Source: Candidatus Pacearchaeota archaeon
Lineage (GTDB): Archaea > Nanobdellota > Nanobdellia > Pacearchaeales > GW2011-AR1
NCBI GenBank assembly: GCA_040879765.1
Contig: JBBDJQ010000001.1
Location: 348,023 to 412,022, forward strand
DNA length: 64,000 nucleotides
Reading direction: 5' to 3'
The notes beneath the pieces were generated by a model. It did no database searches. It was not told the origin of the DNA and saw nothing but the letters and a program-made list of their open reading frames with translations. Made by a program: the position numbers and the translations under genes. Shown here in pieces: positions 39,240 to 50,584 of this stretch. Position 1 is the first letter of the stretch. Every line of letters begins with the position of its first letter.

Positions 39240-41705
39240 GTGAGTGGAATTACAATGCCTAAAAAGAAAGAAGAAGTGGAAATTGAAAGAGAACCTGAAA
39301 GAGGAATAGTTAATACTGAAATTTCTAATGAAATGAAGAAGGCATATTTAGATTATGCCATGTCTGTTATAGTTTCTCGTGCGATTCCAAGTATTGAAGA
39401 TGGGTTGAAACCAGTCCAGAGAAGAATTCTTTATTCAATGCACCAAATGGGAATTAAGCCTGGAAGTCAGACAAAAAAATCTGCAAGAATTGTGGGGGAT
39501 GTCATAGGTAAATTTCATCCTCACGGGGATGTTGCTATTTATGATGCTTTGGTTAGGATGGCTCAAGATTTTTCCCTAAGATACCCTTTAGTTTATGGGC
39601 AAGGAAATTTTGGAAGTATAGATGGAGATCCTCCTGCAGCCTATAGATACACTGAAGCAAGGATGACCAACATTTCTGAAAATCTTTTACAAGATATAGA
39701 TAAAGAAACTGTAAAATTCATTCCTAATTTTGATAATTCTGTTAAAGAACCGGTTTTACTTCCAGGAAAATTACCAACGCTTTTAATTAATGGAGCAACA
39801 GGAATTGCTGTAGGTATGGCTACCAATATCCCCCCGCATAATCTAACTGAAATTTGTAATGCTGTTATTGCTTACATAAAGAATGAAAATATTTCAATTG
39901 AAGAATTAGCGACAATTGTTACAGGTCCTGATTTTCCTACTGGAGGAATTGTAAATGGGGACATGGTCGAACTTTATAAAACTGGAAGGGGCAAGATGGT
40001 TCTCAGGGGTAAAATAAATAATGAAATTGTAAAAGGAAAAGATTTAGTTGTAATTACAGAGATTCCCTATGTTCTGAATAAAAGCACTTTGATTGAACAG
40101 ATTGCAAAATTGGTTCAGGATAAAAAAATAAAAGATGTTTCTGATTTAAGGGATGAAAGTTCTAAAGGAAAGATAAGGATAGTTTTAGAATTAAAGAAAA
40201 ATGCAAACTCTAAATTTTTAATTAATGCGCTTTTCAAATATACAAGGCTTCAAGATTCATTCAATGTTAATTTTTTGGCCTTAGTAAACGGGCAACCAAA
40301 AGTTTTAGATTTAAGGCAGGCAATTCATGAATATGTTTCCCATAGGAAGATAATTGTTACAAACAGAACTAAGTTTGAACTTAAGAAGGCTCAGGAAAGA
40401 AAGGAAATCGTTGAAGGGATGCTGGTTGCTTTGAAAAACATAGATGAAATTATTGCTTTGATAAAGAAATCTAAGGGAAATGCAGAAGCTTTGGAAAATT
40501 TAATGAAGAAATTTTCTCTTTCCAAAAGGCAGGCTCAAGCAATTCTTGAAACTAAGTTGCAGCAATTGAATTCTCTGGAACAAGATAAACTTAAGAAAGA
40601 GCAAAAAGATTTGGTTGAGAAAATTGCAGAATATACAAAAATTCTTGGAGATATAAAGGAAGTTTTTAAAATAATTGTTAGGGAAATTATTGAGTTGAAA
40701 AATAAGTATGGGGATAATAGGAGGACGCAGGTTATTCAAAATATAAAAGATATTTCTGAAAAAGATTTAGTTCAGAAAAAGGAAGTTGTTGTAACAGTTA
40801 CTGATAAAGGGTATACTAAGAGAATGGATGTTCAATCCTACAAAGAGCAAAGGCGTGGAGGCAGAGGAGTAATTGGAAGCAATCTTTCGACAGGAGATTT
40901 TGTAAAGCAACTTTTGACTTGTTCGACTCATGATTATTTGCTTTTCTTCACTTCTAGGGGAAGAGTTTTATGGCTAAAAGCCCATGATATCCCTGAAGCT
41001 GAAAGATATAGCAAAGGAAAAGCCCTTGTGAATCTTTTAAGTTTGAAAGACGAAACCATAACCAATGTCATTTCAGTCAAGAATTTTGAAGGCTCATTAT
41101 TTATGGCAACAAAGAAGGGAGTTGTAAAGAGAATTGATTTGAGTCATTTTTCAAAACCAAGGGCTTCTGGAATAAAGGCAATTGCTTTGCCTGAAGATGG
41201 TTCAGACTCTTTGATAGGGGTCCATTGTCTTCCTGAAGGGAAAGAAGTTTTACTTGCAACAAAGCAAGGGCAGGCAATTAGATTTGATGCAGATTCTGTG
41301 AGATCTATGGGGAGAACCAGTTACGGAGTTTCAGGAATAAAATTGAACAAAGGAGATGAGGTTGTAAGTTTGGAAATTTTGAATACAGAAGAAATTCTTT
41401 CTATAACTAGGAAAGGTTATGGTAAAAGAACTGCCGTTAAAGATTATAGGAAAACTTCTAGGAGTGGTAAAGGAGTAATAAATTTAAAAATTTCAGATAA
41501 GAATGGAGAGGTCGTGACAACGGTTTCAGTTAATCCTAAAGATTCAATAATAATTACAACTGCTAAAGGAATTGTTATAAGAACTTCTTTGGAAAATATA
41601 AGAGTTATGGGGCGTACAGCTCAAGGAGTAAGGATCGTAAAACTCCAACAAGGAGATCATGTTACAGATTTGATAAGAGTTCAAGACATTGAAGAAGTTC
41701 TTTAG
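39240..41705 (+). CDS. gyrA: DNA gyrase subunit A
   Basis: [20 protein letters not shown], the active-site Tyr region, and C-terminal beta-pinwheel repeats. The true start may be the Met at 39255. Confidence 0.95.
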   Translation: MSGITMPKKKEEVEIEREPERGIVNTEISNEMKKAYLDYAMSVIVSRAIPSIEDGLKPVQRRILYSMHQMGIKPGSQTKKSARIVGDVIGKFHPHGDVAIYDALVRMAQDFSLRYPLVYGQGNFGSIDGDPPAAYRYTEARMTNISENLLQDIDKETVKFIPNFDNSVKEPVLLPGKLPTLLINGATGIAVGMATNIPPHNLTEICNAVIAYIKNENISIEELATIVTGPDFPTGGIVNGDMVELYKTGRGKMVLRGKINNEIVKGKDLVVITEIPYVLNKSTLIEQIAKLVQDKKIKDVSDLRDESSKGKIRIVLELKKNANSKFLINALFKYTRLQDSFNVNFLALVNGQPKVLDLRQAIHEYVSHRKIIVTNRTKFELKKAQERKEIVEGMLVALKNIDEIIALIKKSKGNAEALENLMKKFSLSKRQAQAILETKLQQLNSLEQDKLKKEQKDLVEKIAEYTKILGDIKEVFKIIVREIIELKNKYGDNRRTQVIQNIKDISEKDLVQKKEVVVTVTDKGYTKRMDVQSYKEQRRGGRGVIGSNLSTGDFVKQLLTCSTHDYLLFFTSRGRVLWLKAHDIPEAERYSKGKALVNLLSLKDETITNVISVKNFEGSLFMATKKGVVKRIDLSHFSKPRASGIKAIALPEDGSDSLIGVHCLPEGKEVLLATKQGQAIRFDADSVRSMGRTSYGVSGIKLNKGDEVVSLEILNTEEILSITRKGYGKRTAVKDYRKTSRSGKGVINLKISDKNGEVVTTVSVNPKDSIIITTAKGIVIRTSLENIRVMGRTAQGVRIVKLQQGDHVTDLIRVQDIEEVL

Positions 41706-42535
41706 TCTTTTGATTCTTTTAATTTATTAACATATTCTCCAAGAGTTAATTGTTTCTCTGGAGGTTTATTTCCCCAAGCAGGGCAAATGGCTTTATATTC
41801 ACACCAATGACATAAACTTGATTTTTTATAAGGAAATTGTGTTGTATTTTCTATTTCTTTTATTAAATCAATAGTTTCTTTTTTTAATTGTTCTAATTGG
41901 TCATTGGTTCTTTTTGAATCCAGCCTTTTGTTGAAAGAGAGATAATGCCAAACTAAAGCAACCCCCTTATGTTGCTGACCATAAATTTCCTTTATTGCTA
42001 TTGAATACAATGCAAGCTGCCTGTCATTTTTAATTGCTTCATCAGTTGGTAATCTTCCAGAAGTTTTGTAATCATGAACTTCATATTCTTTTGTTTGTAA
42101 ATTATAAACTAATCTATCTATGAAACCACGAATTTTATATTTTCCTTCTTCATCTAGATTAAAGATGATTTCTTTTTCCACGGCTATTGTTTTATCTTGG
42201 AAAGGTTTGTGTTTGGAATAATAATCTATGAGGAATTTTATTCCCTTATTGAAATAATCTTTAACTTGCATATCTCTTCTTACTATTGGAATTTCATCTT
42301 CATAGTTATCTTGCCATTCTTCAGCATATTTTGTAATAACTTCGTCAATTGTTGGAATCCTGGATTTTTCTTTTATCTCAGTATAAAGCCATTCTAAAGC
42401 AGAATGAACTATTGTTCCTAAATGGGATTCTATTGTCTTATCTATATCTGGGACAATTTTATCAATATATCTAAATCTATATTTTAGTTTACACTGCTCA
42501 AAAGTACTTAGCCTAGAATGTGAAAATACCACCAT
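41702..42535 (-). CDS. Cas4/RecB-like PD-(D/E)xK nuclease with C-terminal Cys cluster (standalone)
   Basis: N-terminal [15 protein letters not shown], a D...EVHDYK motif, and a C-terminal [11 protein letters not shown] three-Cys cluster typical of Cas4-family Fe-S nucleases. Confidence 0.65.
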   Translation of the reverse strand: MVVFSHSRLSTFEQCKLKYRFRYIDKIVPDIDKTIESHLGTIVHSALEWLYTEIKEKSRIPTIDEVITKYAEEWQDNYEDEIPIVRRDMQVKDYFNKGIKFLIDYYSKHKPFQDKTIAVEKEIIFNLDEEGKYKIRGFIDRLVYNLQTKEYEVHDYKTSGRLPTDEAIKNDRQLALYSIAIKEIYGQQHKGVALVWHYLSFNKRLDSKRTNDQLEQLKKETIDLIKEIENTTQFPYKKSSLCHWCEYKAICPAWGNKPPEKQLTLGEYVNKLKESKD

Positions 42536-42577
42536 GAAGAATATAGAAAAGTTTATACTTATAAATTTTTAGCAAAT

Positions 42578-43468
42578 TTACTGGGTTGTTTCGTTAGAAT
42601 CAATTTCTTCTTCCTCTTCTTCAGTTTCATCACTTGTTTGTTCATTGGTTTGGTCTGAACCTTCTCCAGAAACTAAGAAAGCCCACCAAGGTTTATTGGA
42701 ATTTAAAAGATCTCCTGTTTCAGAATCAATTTGATTTTCTAATCTTACTCTTGTTTTGAATATTCCTAAGAATCTCCCTTCCTTATCTGCTTCAATATGA
42801 TAGACAACTCTTGGAACATTGTTGTGTTCAATTTCTATTAATTCTATTGTGAAATTGTTTGCTCTCAATCTTTCCACAGCTATATCTGAAGCCCTATCTG
42901 GAAGGACTTTTATGTCTGCAAGTCTTCCATTTGAAAGTCTTGCCTTTAGATCAGAATCATTTCCTTTAAATTCTGTTTCTATTTCTAATTCCGTTTCAAC
43001 ATCCATGTCTTCCTTCCCTTCAATATGGATTCTTTTTCTTTCACCATCTTCCTCAATTTTTATTTTTATCTCTCTTTCATTTCCTTCTGCATCAGTGATT
43101 TTTCTTATTATTTCTATTCTTGTTTTTCCATCTTTGATTTCAATTTTTCTTTCAATTTTTACTGTTTGACCAGCTTCATTTATGAATTCTCTTTTGAATT
43201 CAGTTCTTTCCCTATTTTCTTTTCCGCTTCCAGAGTTATCTTCTTCTACTTTGTCTGTTCTGTCTTTATCTGTTTCTTCCAGGGAATCTGAATCATCCGA
43301 GCTTCCTGAGTTAGAGTCACTTTCAGTATCTGAATCATCCGAGCTTCCCGAATTAGAACTATCTATGTCTGGTTCATCAGTTGTATCCTGTGCCAATGTG
43401 ATTGGGGTTGAAAACATCATTCCGAAGAGTAATAGTGAGAAGAAAACAAATACAAATTCTTTTTTCAT
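42578..43468 (-). CDS. Secreted acidic repetitive protein
   Basis: Signal peptide. SSDDSD repeats. Charged KIE/EIK-rich middle region. Confidence 0.5.
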   Translation of the reverse strand: MKKEFVFVFFSLLLFGMMFSTPITLAQDTTDEPDIDSSNSGSSDDSDTESDSNSGSSDDSDSLEETDKDRTDKVEEDNSGSGKENRERTEFKREFINEAGQTVKIERKIEIKDGKTRIEIIRKITDAEGNEREIKIKIEEDGERKRIHIEGKEDMDVETELEIETEFKGNDSDLKARLSNGRLADIKVLPDRASDIAVERLRANNFTIELIEIEHNNVPRVVYHIEADKEGRFLGIFKTRVRLENQIDSETGDLLNSNKPWWAFLVSGEGSDQTNEQTSDETEEEEEEIDSNETTQ

Positions 43469-43498
43469 AACTTGATATGGGATTATTCTTTTATAAAT

Positions 43499-43846
43499 TT
43501 ATCCTCTAAATTGAACTACTTTGGAATCTTTTTTGTTTTGCGAGTTTTCTGGAATTTTATTTTCACAATCTTCTAAAACTTTCATTAAATTTTCTACAAC
43601 GGCTGTATCTTTCCATTCTTCTCTTTCCAGAATTTTAAATATTTCTTCTTTCATTTTAATGTATGAATAACTAATTTCTCTTCTGTCTAAAAACATTATT
43701 CTTCCCTTGTATCTTGGCTCATCTCCCTTCAATTCATCTAAATAATTGATTTCACCTTTGAAGAAATAAGAATTTATTTTTCTGCTTTGAGTGATGCAGT
43801 ATGCAAGGAATTCTTCATCGCTTCCAAATTCTCTTGGTCTTGGCAT
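43499..43846 (-). CDS. Hypothetical protein downstream of aIF2-gamma
   Basis: 115 aa. No motif recognised. Confidence 0.4.
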   Translation of the reverse strand: MPRPREFGSDEEFLAYCITQSRKINSYFFKGEINYLDELKGDEPRYKGRIMFLDRREISYSYIKMKEEIFKILEREEWKDTAVVENLMKVLEDCENKIPENSQNKKDSKVVQFRG

Positions 43847-43847
43847 T

Positions 43848-45065
43848 TTAATCAGAAATTTCTCCCCAGCCGATTAATCTCCAATGTCCGTTAAAGTTTC
43901 TGGCTATTCCAACATTTTCTTTTTTTAAAGCAATTACTGGAATATTTAATTTTAATTCCACTTCTTTTTTTTCTTTATCTATTTTTTCAATCGTCCCAAC
44001 CGTTATTGTTGTGTTTACATTGAGCATGAGCATTTCATTCATCAAAATAGGGTTTATTTCTTCTGCGTCTACATTTCCAAGCACTTTGTCAAAAAGATTA
44101 TATTTTAATTTTGTTGAATAGGTTATTTTGGGAAGGTTTCCTTCTTTGGAAAGTAAGCAGCTTGTAAGGGAGTCTGTCTTTGTTAAGAATGGGTCAAGAG
44201 AGGTTTCTATAGATATACTTGCCCCAGGTCCGACTTCTTTCATGCTTTCTTTTCCTCTATAGAGCGAAAGAATCTTTGTTTTGATTGTTTTGTATTTTAC
44301 TTCGCTTCCTTTTCCAGCTTCTAAAACTAATCCGGGTTTTATTTCAACTTCATCGCCGACTTTTAATTTGCCTTTTTTTAGAACCCCTCCTAAAACTCCT
44401 CCTTTTAGAGAATTTATTTTTGTTCCAGGCTTGTTTATGTCAAAAGATCTTGCAATTAGGAAAATTGGTTCAGAATCTAAATCTCTTTTTGGGATTTCAA
44501 CTTTTGCAAGTTCTTCTATTATTTTTTCCAGATTTATTTCTTGTAAGGTTGAGATGGGAATTATTGGTGAATTTTCAGCTATGGTCCCTTTAACAAAATC
44601 CCTTATTTCATTGTAGCTTTCAAAAGCTCTTTCTTTGCTTACTAAATCTATTTTGTTTTGAACTATTATTATATTCTTTAGATTCTTTGCTTGAAGAACC
44701 ATGAAATGTTCTCTTGTCTGGGGTTTTATTCCTTCATTAGCCGCGATGACTAAAATTGCTGCATCTATTATTGCTGCTCCAGAAAGCATTGTTGCCATAA
44801 GCATTTCATGCCCTGGAGCATCTATGAAAGAAACATATCTTAATGGCTTACACGATTTGTCTTTTATTTCTTTGTTACTAAAACTTCCCTCGCAATCATA
44901 AATAGTCATGTCTGCATAACCTAACTTGATTGTAATCCCCCTTTTCAATTCTTCAGAATGAGTGTCTGTAAATTTTCCAGAAAGCTTACTAAGAAGTGTA
45001 GTTTTTCCATGGTCTATGTGTCCAATTATTCCGACATTTAATTCTGGAATTTTTTCTGAAGCCAT
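43848..45065 (-). CDS. eif2g: Translation initiation factor aIF2 gamma subunit
   Basis: GHIDHGKTTL G1 motif, zinc-knuckle region, domains II and III. Confidence 0.9.
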   Translation of the reverse strand: MASEKIPELNVGIIGHIDHGKTTLLSKLSGKFTDTHSEELKRGITIKLGYADMTIYDCEGSFSNKEIKDKSCKPLRYVSFIDAPGHEMLMATMLSGAAIIDAAILVIAANEGIKPQTREHFMVLQAKNLKNIIIVQNKIDLVSKERAFESYNEIRDFVKGTIAENSPIIPISTLQEINLEKIIEELAKVEIPKRDLDSEPIFLIARSFDINKPGTKINSLKGGVLGGVLKKGKLKVGDEVEIKPGLVLEAGKGSEVKYKTIKTKILSLYRGKESMKEVGPGASISIETSLDPFLTKTDSLTSCLLSKEGNLPKITYSTKLKYNLFDKVLGNVDAEEINPILMNEMLMLNVNTTITVGTIEKIDKEKKEVELKLNIPVIALKKENVGIARNFNGHWRLIGWGEISD

Positions 45066-45133
45066 TAAAATTGGAGAAAAAGTTGCTTAAAAAATCTTTA
45101 GGTGTGTGAAAAATAAGCAATTCATGGGAGAGG

Positions 45134-45568
45134 CTATCTTTCTTTTAAAACTGGAATTTCTATTTCTTGTGAAGAATTTTGTTCGTTCCTTAGAATTGTT
45201 TGTGCTTCGCAAGTATTTCTATTGTAAGCATTTAGGAATTTTGAACAATGGTCTTCTATTGTTCCGTGAGTTGAAACTCTTTCCCATCCAACATTGTCTG
45301 AATTATACCTTATTCTTTCCGAATCATTTTCGCTAATAGATTCCTTAAAATATTCTGAAGTTTTATTGTAAAAATCTGCTAAAGGTGAATTACCTTTGTT
45401 ATAAGAATACAAGGTTGAAAAGGTTCCTAATAAAATTCCTGCACCTAGTGCTACTGCCCTTTTTTTGGAAAATAGTTTCTTTTTATCAGCCATATTTCCC
45501 ATTTTTCTTTTACTCATCTTAAAATCTCTTTCAAAATTTGAAAAATACCTATCTGTAACCATTTTCAT
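45134..45568 (-). CDS. Hypothetical membrane-anchored protein
   Basis: 144 aa. One TM helix. Confidence 0.4.
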   Translation of the reverse strand: MKMVTDRYFSNFERDFKMSKRKMGNMADKKKLFSKKRAVALGAGILLGTFSTLYSYNKGNSPLADFYNKTSEYFKESISENDSERIRYNSDNVGWERVSTHGTIEDHCSKFLNAYNRNTCEAQTILRNEQNSSQEIEIPVLKER

Positions 45569-45678
45569 AAACTCCTCGAACTTCGTTTATTGAATCATAG
45601 TTCTCCTTTCCTCTTATATTAACTTCTCTTGAAACCTCATATGCCCCATCTATTTTTCCATCATCTACTAAACACATT

Positions 45679-45978
45679 TTAATTTAAGTATTGAGACCCT
45701 TCTTTCAAGAAGTCTGAAATTTTAATTATTCCATAACCAACTAAAGACATTCCAGCAAGATACATTCTAATTCCACCATTTTTTTCTTCATCTGAAAACT
45801 CTCCTTTTCTAACTGGGGCTTTGTAAACTCCAGAAGGAGTTCCATCTTCCAATCTTAGTTGATTCATAAAATCTTCTGAATTTCCTTCAACCATGTCAAA
45901 TAACTTAGATAAGCTTTCTTTTTCATTCATTTTCATATACTCTCCTTCTAATTGTTTCTCCCTGAATAAGGGTTTCAT
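45679..45978 (-). CDS. Hypothetical protein (may be the C-terminal part of a frameshifted gene together with 45923-46300)
   Basis: Overlaps the next ORF by 56 nt in a different frame. Confidence 0.3.
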   Translation of the reverse strand: MKPLFREKQLEGEYMKMNEKESLSKLFDMVEGNSEDFMNQLRLEDGTPSGVYKAPVRKGEFSDEEKNGGIRMYLAGMSLVGYGIIKISDFLKEGSQYLN

Positions 45979-46300
45979 AAACCGCTCCTATTCCTTTTTC
46001 TTTTGGCAATGTTCCTAAAACACTCTGCATTGTTTCTTTTAATTCAGAATCCATTATAACTCTTGGGTTTTCTTCAGTTCCAACTTTATAATTTTCCTTC
46101 ATATGAGTTACTCTCTCTAAATCTCCAATAGGTACAAAAGCATTATACATTAAATTAATTCCTTGTGCTATATATGCTAATGCGACAGAAACCAACCCTT
46201 TTCCTTTATGATTGGTTCTTTCAAATTTTTCAGAGTAATCTTTTGCCAAATTGTTTGGATTTTCTTGGATTACATTTGATTCTAAACTTTCTTTTTTCAT
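45923..46300 (-). CDS. Hypothetical protein
   Basis: 125 aa. Divergent from the ATP-grasp gene. Confidence 0.35.
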   Translation of the reverse strand: MKKESLESNVIQENPNNLAKDYSEKFERTNHKGKGLVSVALAYIAQGINLMYNAFVPIGDLERVTHMKENYKVGTEENPRVIMDSELKETMQSVLGTLPKEKGIGAVYETLIQGETIRRRVYENE

Positions 46301-46422
46301 AAAAAATGTAGGATTTTTTACTTTATAAAACTTACTATTATGTTGTTCTTAAGAAGTAATGACAACACAATTATTCTTCAAATAAAAGATATCTTTAATA
46401 AGTCCATTTCTCACTTTTTTCT

Positions 46423-47397
46423 ATGTATAATGAGCTCCAGGGAAGGATGAAGATACTAAGGGAATATTGCGAAAGTAGGAGAATCTCCATAGATAATATT
46501 GACCCTGAATCAAACCTTGTTTGGCAAATGTCTGGAGAAAAGAGGAATTTTATATTTACTCCTGGAAGACTTTATCCTTTGAACAATCCTGCGAGCATAA
46601 GGGTTTCTAAAGATAAAGATTGGACTTATAAGGTTTTAGCACATAATGGTTTCAAAGTTCCTCTTGGAAAAGCTTTTTTTACAGTTGATGATTATTTTGG
46701 GTTTGACACTTCTGGTAGAAGACTTGAACAGGCTCACGAATTTGCAGAATCTCTAGGATATCCTGTTTTTGTAAAACCAAATTCAAAATCCAGAGGAAAA
46801 TTAGCAAACCCAGATAATAACTATGGAGAATTAAGAGAACACTTTCAAGCTATAGGAGAAATAGACCATGTGGCCTTGGTTCAAAAGAAATTTGATGTCC
46901 CTGAATATAGGGTTTTTGTTTTAGGTGATGAAGTAAAATTTGCCTATAAGAAAGTTTCAGGAAAATTAATTGGAGATGGAAAGAGTTCTTTAGATGACTT
47001 GCTAAAAGGTGCCCAGATTCCAGATTCAATTCAGGAAGACATTTATTTTTTGAGGGAACTTGAAAGAAAAAGATATTCTTTAGATTCTGTAATTCCAGAA
47101 GGGCAGGAATTTAATCCCTCTCCAAATAATAATCTCAACTTTGGAGGAAAAATTGAAGATTATGTTGGAGAGGTAAGTGGGGAAGTTCGTGATTGGTCTA
47201 ATAGGGTTATCAGTTCCCTTGGATTGAAAATAGCAGGGATTGATTTGTTTTCAGAAGAAGGATTAAAAAACCCTGAAGATTTTACAATACTGGAAGTCAA
47301 TGGAAATCCTTCAATAAGTAGAATCTATGATTCTGGTAGGAGAGAAAAAATTTTTCAAGTTTTGGATGATGTTTTTTTAGAATATTTTAAAAAATAA
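46423..47397 (+). CDS. ATP-grasp ligase (RimK/LysX/CofF-like)
   Basis: GYPVFVKP, FDVPEYRVFVLGDEV, ILEVNGNPS. Confidence 0.65.
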   Translation: MYNELQGRMKILREYCESRRISIDNIDPESNLVWQMSGEKRNFIFTPGRLYPLNNPASIRVSKDKDWTYKVLAHNGFKVPLGKAFFTVDDYFGFDTSGRRLEQAHEFAESLGYPVFVKPNSKSRGKLANPDNNYGELREHFQAIGEIDHVALVQKKFDVPEYRVFVLGDEVKFAYKKVSGKLIGDGKSSLDDLLKGAQIPDSIQEDIYFLRELERKRYSLDSVIPEGQEFNPSPNNNLNFGGKIEDYVGEVSGEVRDWSNRVISSLGLKIAGIDLFSEEGLKNPEDFTILEVNGNPSISRIYDSGRREKIFQVLDDVFLEYFKK

Positions 47398-47399
47398 AT

Positions 47400-47924
47400 T
47401 TATTCTTTCTTTTCTTCAGCAAGTTTTTCTTCAACTTGAGTTTCTTCCTTAACTTCTTCAGTGGTTTCAACAGGAGTTTCAACTTTTTCTTCGGTAGCTT
47501 CCGGAGCCTTGTTTTGTTCTGGGAAAACCTCAGCTAGTTTCTTGCTGCCTTCCTTGACAAGTTTAAGATTTATCTGAACCATTGATTCGGAGATTGTGTT
47601 CCCTCTTACAGTCTTTCTCAACCTTAATCCTTTTGGGGTATTATCGCTTCTTTTCCTTTTTCCTTCTTTCTTTGGTCTTTTATGCATTCCTTTTTCATAG
47701 GATAAAAGCACTCTTTTTAGCTGAGTTCCCTCCACTCTTTCTAAACTTGGAAAACCAGACTTATCACTTGCTCCAGTTATTTCAAATTCATAACCTTTTA
47801 AATCTCCAGATAATTCCTCTCCATTAAATTTATCATATAATTTCTTTCCAACTAAAGCCTGGGAATCAGATTCTAATTTGAAAGTCTTCCCTGATTTTTC
47901 TGCTATGTTTATTTTGAATACCAT
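47400..47924 (-). CDS. rps6e: Ribosomal protein eS6
   Basis: MVFKINIAE..., ITGASDKSGFP, RKR. Confidence 0.85.
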   Translation of the reverse strand: MVFKINIAEKSGKTFKLESDSQALVGKKLYDKFNGEELSGDLKGYEFEITGASDKSGFPSLERVEGTQLKRVLLSYEKGMHKRPKKEGKRKRSDNTPKGLRLRKTVRGNTISESMVQINLKLVKEGSKKLAEVFPEQNKAPEATEEKVETPVETTEEVKEETQVEEKLAEEKKE

Positions 47925-48284
47925 AGAGTATTGTAAAGAAATTTCCTTAAAAACCTTTTGATATATGTTTTTTGAATGATTATTATTAAATACTTTAATA
48001 TTTTAAAATTTCTGTGATGACTAAACCTTATTTTAGAGATAAAGAAGATTCAGATTTTTTAGAGTCTGGTAAGGTTTGTTGGCGAAGTTCTTTTTCTCTT
48101 TTCCTTTTCTTTGAATCTCTAACTTAAGAAATTCACTAGTCCCCTTATTGGTGATAGGATATTTATTTTTTTAGAGCATTTATAAAACGAAGAGATAGGG
48201 AGCAGACTATTACCTCAATAAGTACAATTTTCGGATTTTAGGACTCTTAATTCTTCTTTCACTTTTAAATTAGGATAATTTAAA

Positions 48285-50048
48285 CTAAGACCTCCCCCAA
48301 TCACTTCTTTCGTTTCTTTTTATTTCAGCGATTTCTTGCAAAAGAGAAATTTCTTTTGACGAAAGTAAATCTTTGTTTTTTCTAAAATCTTTAAAAGCTC
48401 TTTCTGAAATCTCTGAATATAAAAATTCCTTATCTCTTAGTTGTCTTTCAAAATTTACTCCAGGAATTGAAATTGCAACTTCTTGCCCTTCTGAAGCTTC
48501 TAAAACAGATTTATTTTCTGATTGAATATTCTTTATTCTACCAACTTTTTCCCCCTTTTGATTCACTACATTTAATCCAGAAATTAACTTCCCAACTTTG
48601 ATGTTAACTCCAAAGATTGCAGGACTTGTATTTCTAAAAACAAATTTTGGCATAATTTCTAATTTACATAATGCAGACATCTCCATCAATCTTTTCTTTT
48701 CAATTTCTTCAGATTTTTCTTTTCTAAATTCTTCAACATTTTCTATAAGTTTGTAGACAACATCATCAATTATGATTTTTATTTTTTCATCTTTCAAAGA
48801 TTTTGCTTCTTCATCTATTGAAACATTGAATCCAACAACTATGGCATCAAGCTCATTTATATCTAGATTTGCTCTGGCAGAAATTAAATCGGACTTGCTT
48901 ATTTTCCCTATTCCTGCTTTTACAACTGGAATGTTTGATTGTTTTAATAAAACCAAAAGGGCTTCTAAACTCCCTAAAGAATCCGCCTTTGCAATTATTC
49001 CTTGTTTCTCTAAACTCGAAGTCACGGATTGAGATATCTCTTTTTTGAATGATTTTTCTATTTCTTCCTTGTTTCCCTTAATTGCTTGGAAAGGCATTCC
49101 GGGATAAACATCTCCCTTTTCAGAGAATTGAATCCTTAATCCTGTTGCTGCTCTAGCTTCTTCAACCGGCTGGAATTTATTGCTTAGAGGTTTAATTTCT
49201 TCTAAGATTCTTATTTTATTTATTAAGGCATTTCCTCCCATATCTGAAATCGCAATTTCATCGTTTTTATTTAAAATTCCATCGTAAAGAATTGCTTCAG
49301 AATAATTTATTGATTTATCTTTTTTTATTTCAAGTAAAACTCCTTTTGCTTCTTTACTAATTTTTAATTTGTCTTCAAGATATTTTTGACTCAAACCTGA
49401 AAGGACAAAAAGAATTTCTGGAATTCCTTCTTTTGTTTTTGCAGAGCAAGGAACTAATGCGATTTTTTCTGTAAAGTTTGAAATATTGTAAAACAAATCT
49501 GCTTCAAATCCTAAATGACTTAGAGAACCTATTAATGTTAAAGAACGCTCATCAAATGTTTGCCTTGTATTTGTTGATTGAGATTCAATTCTTTCTTTTA
49601 GGCTTTTTGAAGTTTCTTTTTCAGTTCTCCACCCAGAAATATTATCTACTTTATTCAAGGCAATTATGAAGGGAGTTTTGTTGTGTTTTAAAATTTGTAT
49701 AACTTCATTTGTTTGTGGCTTTATTCCTTCGTTTATATCGATTACCAAGATTGCTATGTCTGCCAAAGAGCCTCCACGTTTTCTCAAATTTGTAAATGCT
49801 GCATGTCCAGGAGTATCTATGAAAAGAAAGCCTGGAACTTTCAAATTAATTCCTGATTTTTCAATTAATGAGCAGGCATTCATCAATTGTTCCTTTGGAA
49901 ATAGTGTGAATGAGATTTTTTGAGTGATTCCTCCAGATTCGGAAGCCTGAACAGAGCTTTGTCTAAAAGAATCCAGTATGCTTGTCTTTCCATGGTCTAC
50001 GTGTCCAGCAACTGTTACAATCGCTTTTCTTAATTTTTCGTCTGCCAT
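48285..50048 (-). CDS. infB: Translation initiation factor aIF5B (IF2 homologue)
   Basis: VAGHVDHGKTS, DTPGH, NKVD. Confidence 0.9.
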   Translation of the reverse strand: MADEKLRKAIVTVAGHVDHGKTSILDSFRQSSVQASESGGITQKISFTLFPKEQLMNACSLIEKSGINLKVPGFLFIDTPGHAAFTNLRKRGGSLADIAILVIDINEGIKPQTNEVIQILKHNKTPFIIALNKVDNISGWRTEKETSKSLKERIESQSTNTRQTFDERSLTLIGSLSHLGFEADLFYNISNFTEKIALVPCSAKTKEGIPEILFVLSGLSQKYLEDKLKISKEAKGVLLEIKKDKSINYSEAILYDGILNKNDEIAISDMGGNALINKIRILEEIKPLSNKFQPVEEARAATGLRIQFSEKGDVYPGMPFQAIKGNKEEIEKSFKKEISQSVTSSLEKQGIIAKADSLGSLEALLVLLKQSNIPVVKAGIGKISKSDLISARANLDINELDAIVVGFNVSIDEEAKSLKDEKIKIIIDDVVYKLIENVEEFRKEKSEEIEKKRLMEMSALCKLEIMPKFVFRNTSPAIFGVNIKVGKLISGLNVVNQKGEKVGRIKNIQSENKSVLEASEGQEVAISIPGVNFERQLRDKEFLYSEISERAFKDFRKNKDLLSSKEISLLQEIAEIKRNERSDWGRS

Positions 50049-50140
50049 AATTTAAAGAGAAAAATAGAGGATTAAAAGGTTTTGGATAAGAAAATTTCCA
50101 ACATCAAAATCTTTATAATAATCAATTCTTTTAAAAAAGA

Positions 50141-50584
50141 ATGAAAGAAGAGGTAAAGGTTATGAGGGTGAGACATTCTAGGAAGAAGTATTTTTTTATT
50201 TATTCCATGGTTGTGGTTTTATTTGTCATGCTTTTTTTTGCAAGCATCTCTGGAAAAGAGATTAGTAGCTTTGCATTTAAATCAGTTATAGCTTTTTCAA
50301 TTATTGCTGTTCTTACAATCGAAATCCATAGATTTTCGAGTTTTTTTGAAATAAATCCAAGCTCAATCGTCTTTTCAAATGGAATTATAAACAAAAATAC
50401 AAGAAAGTTTAATCTTGGTTCAATAAGTGATGCTGACTCCGACCAACATATTTTTGGCAGAATATTTAATTATGGGGATGTAAATGTCCATCTTTTTGAG
50501 CATATAAATTCGATAAAAGGAATTGATAATCCCGATAGATTTTTGAACTTCCTTATTTATACAATGAGGGAGCATAAAAAATGA
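50141..50584 (+). CDS. Membrane protein with bacterial-PH (bPH_2/DUF304-like) domain
   Basis: Two TM helices followed by a compact beta domain. Confidence 0.45.
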   Translation: MKEEVKVMRVRHSRKKYFFIYSMVVVLFVMLFFASISGKEISSFAFKSVIAFSIIAVLTIEIHRFSSFFEINPSSIVFSNGIINKNTRKFNLGSISDADSDQHIFGRIFNYGDVNVHLFEHINSIKGIDNPDRFLNFLIYTMREHKK

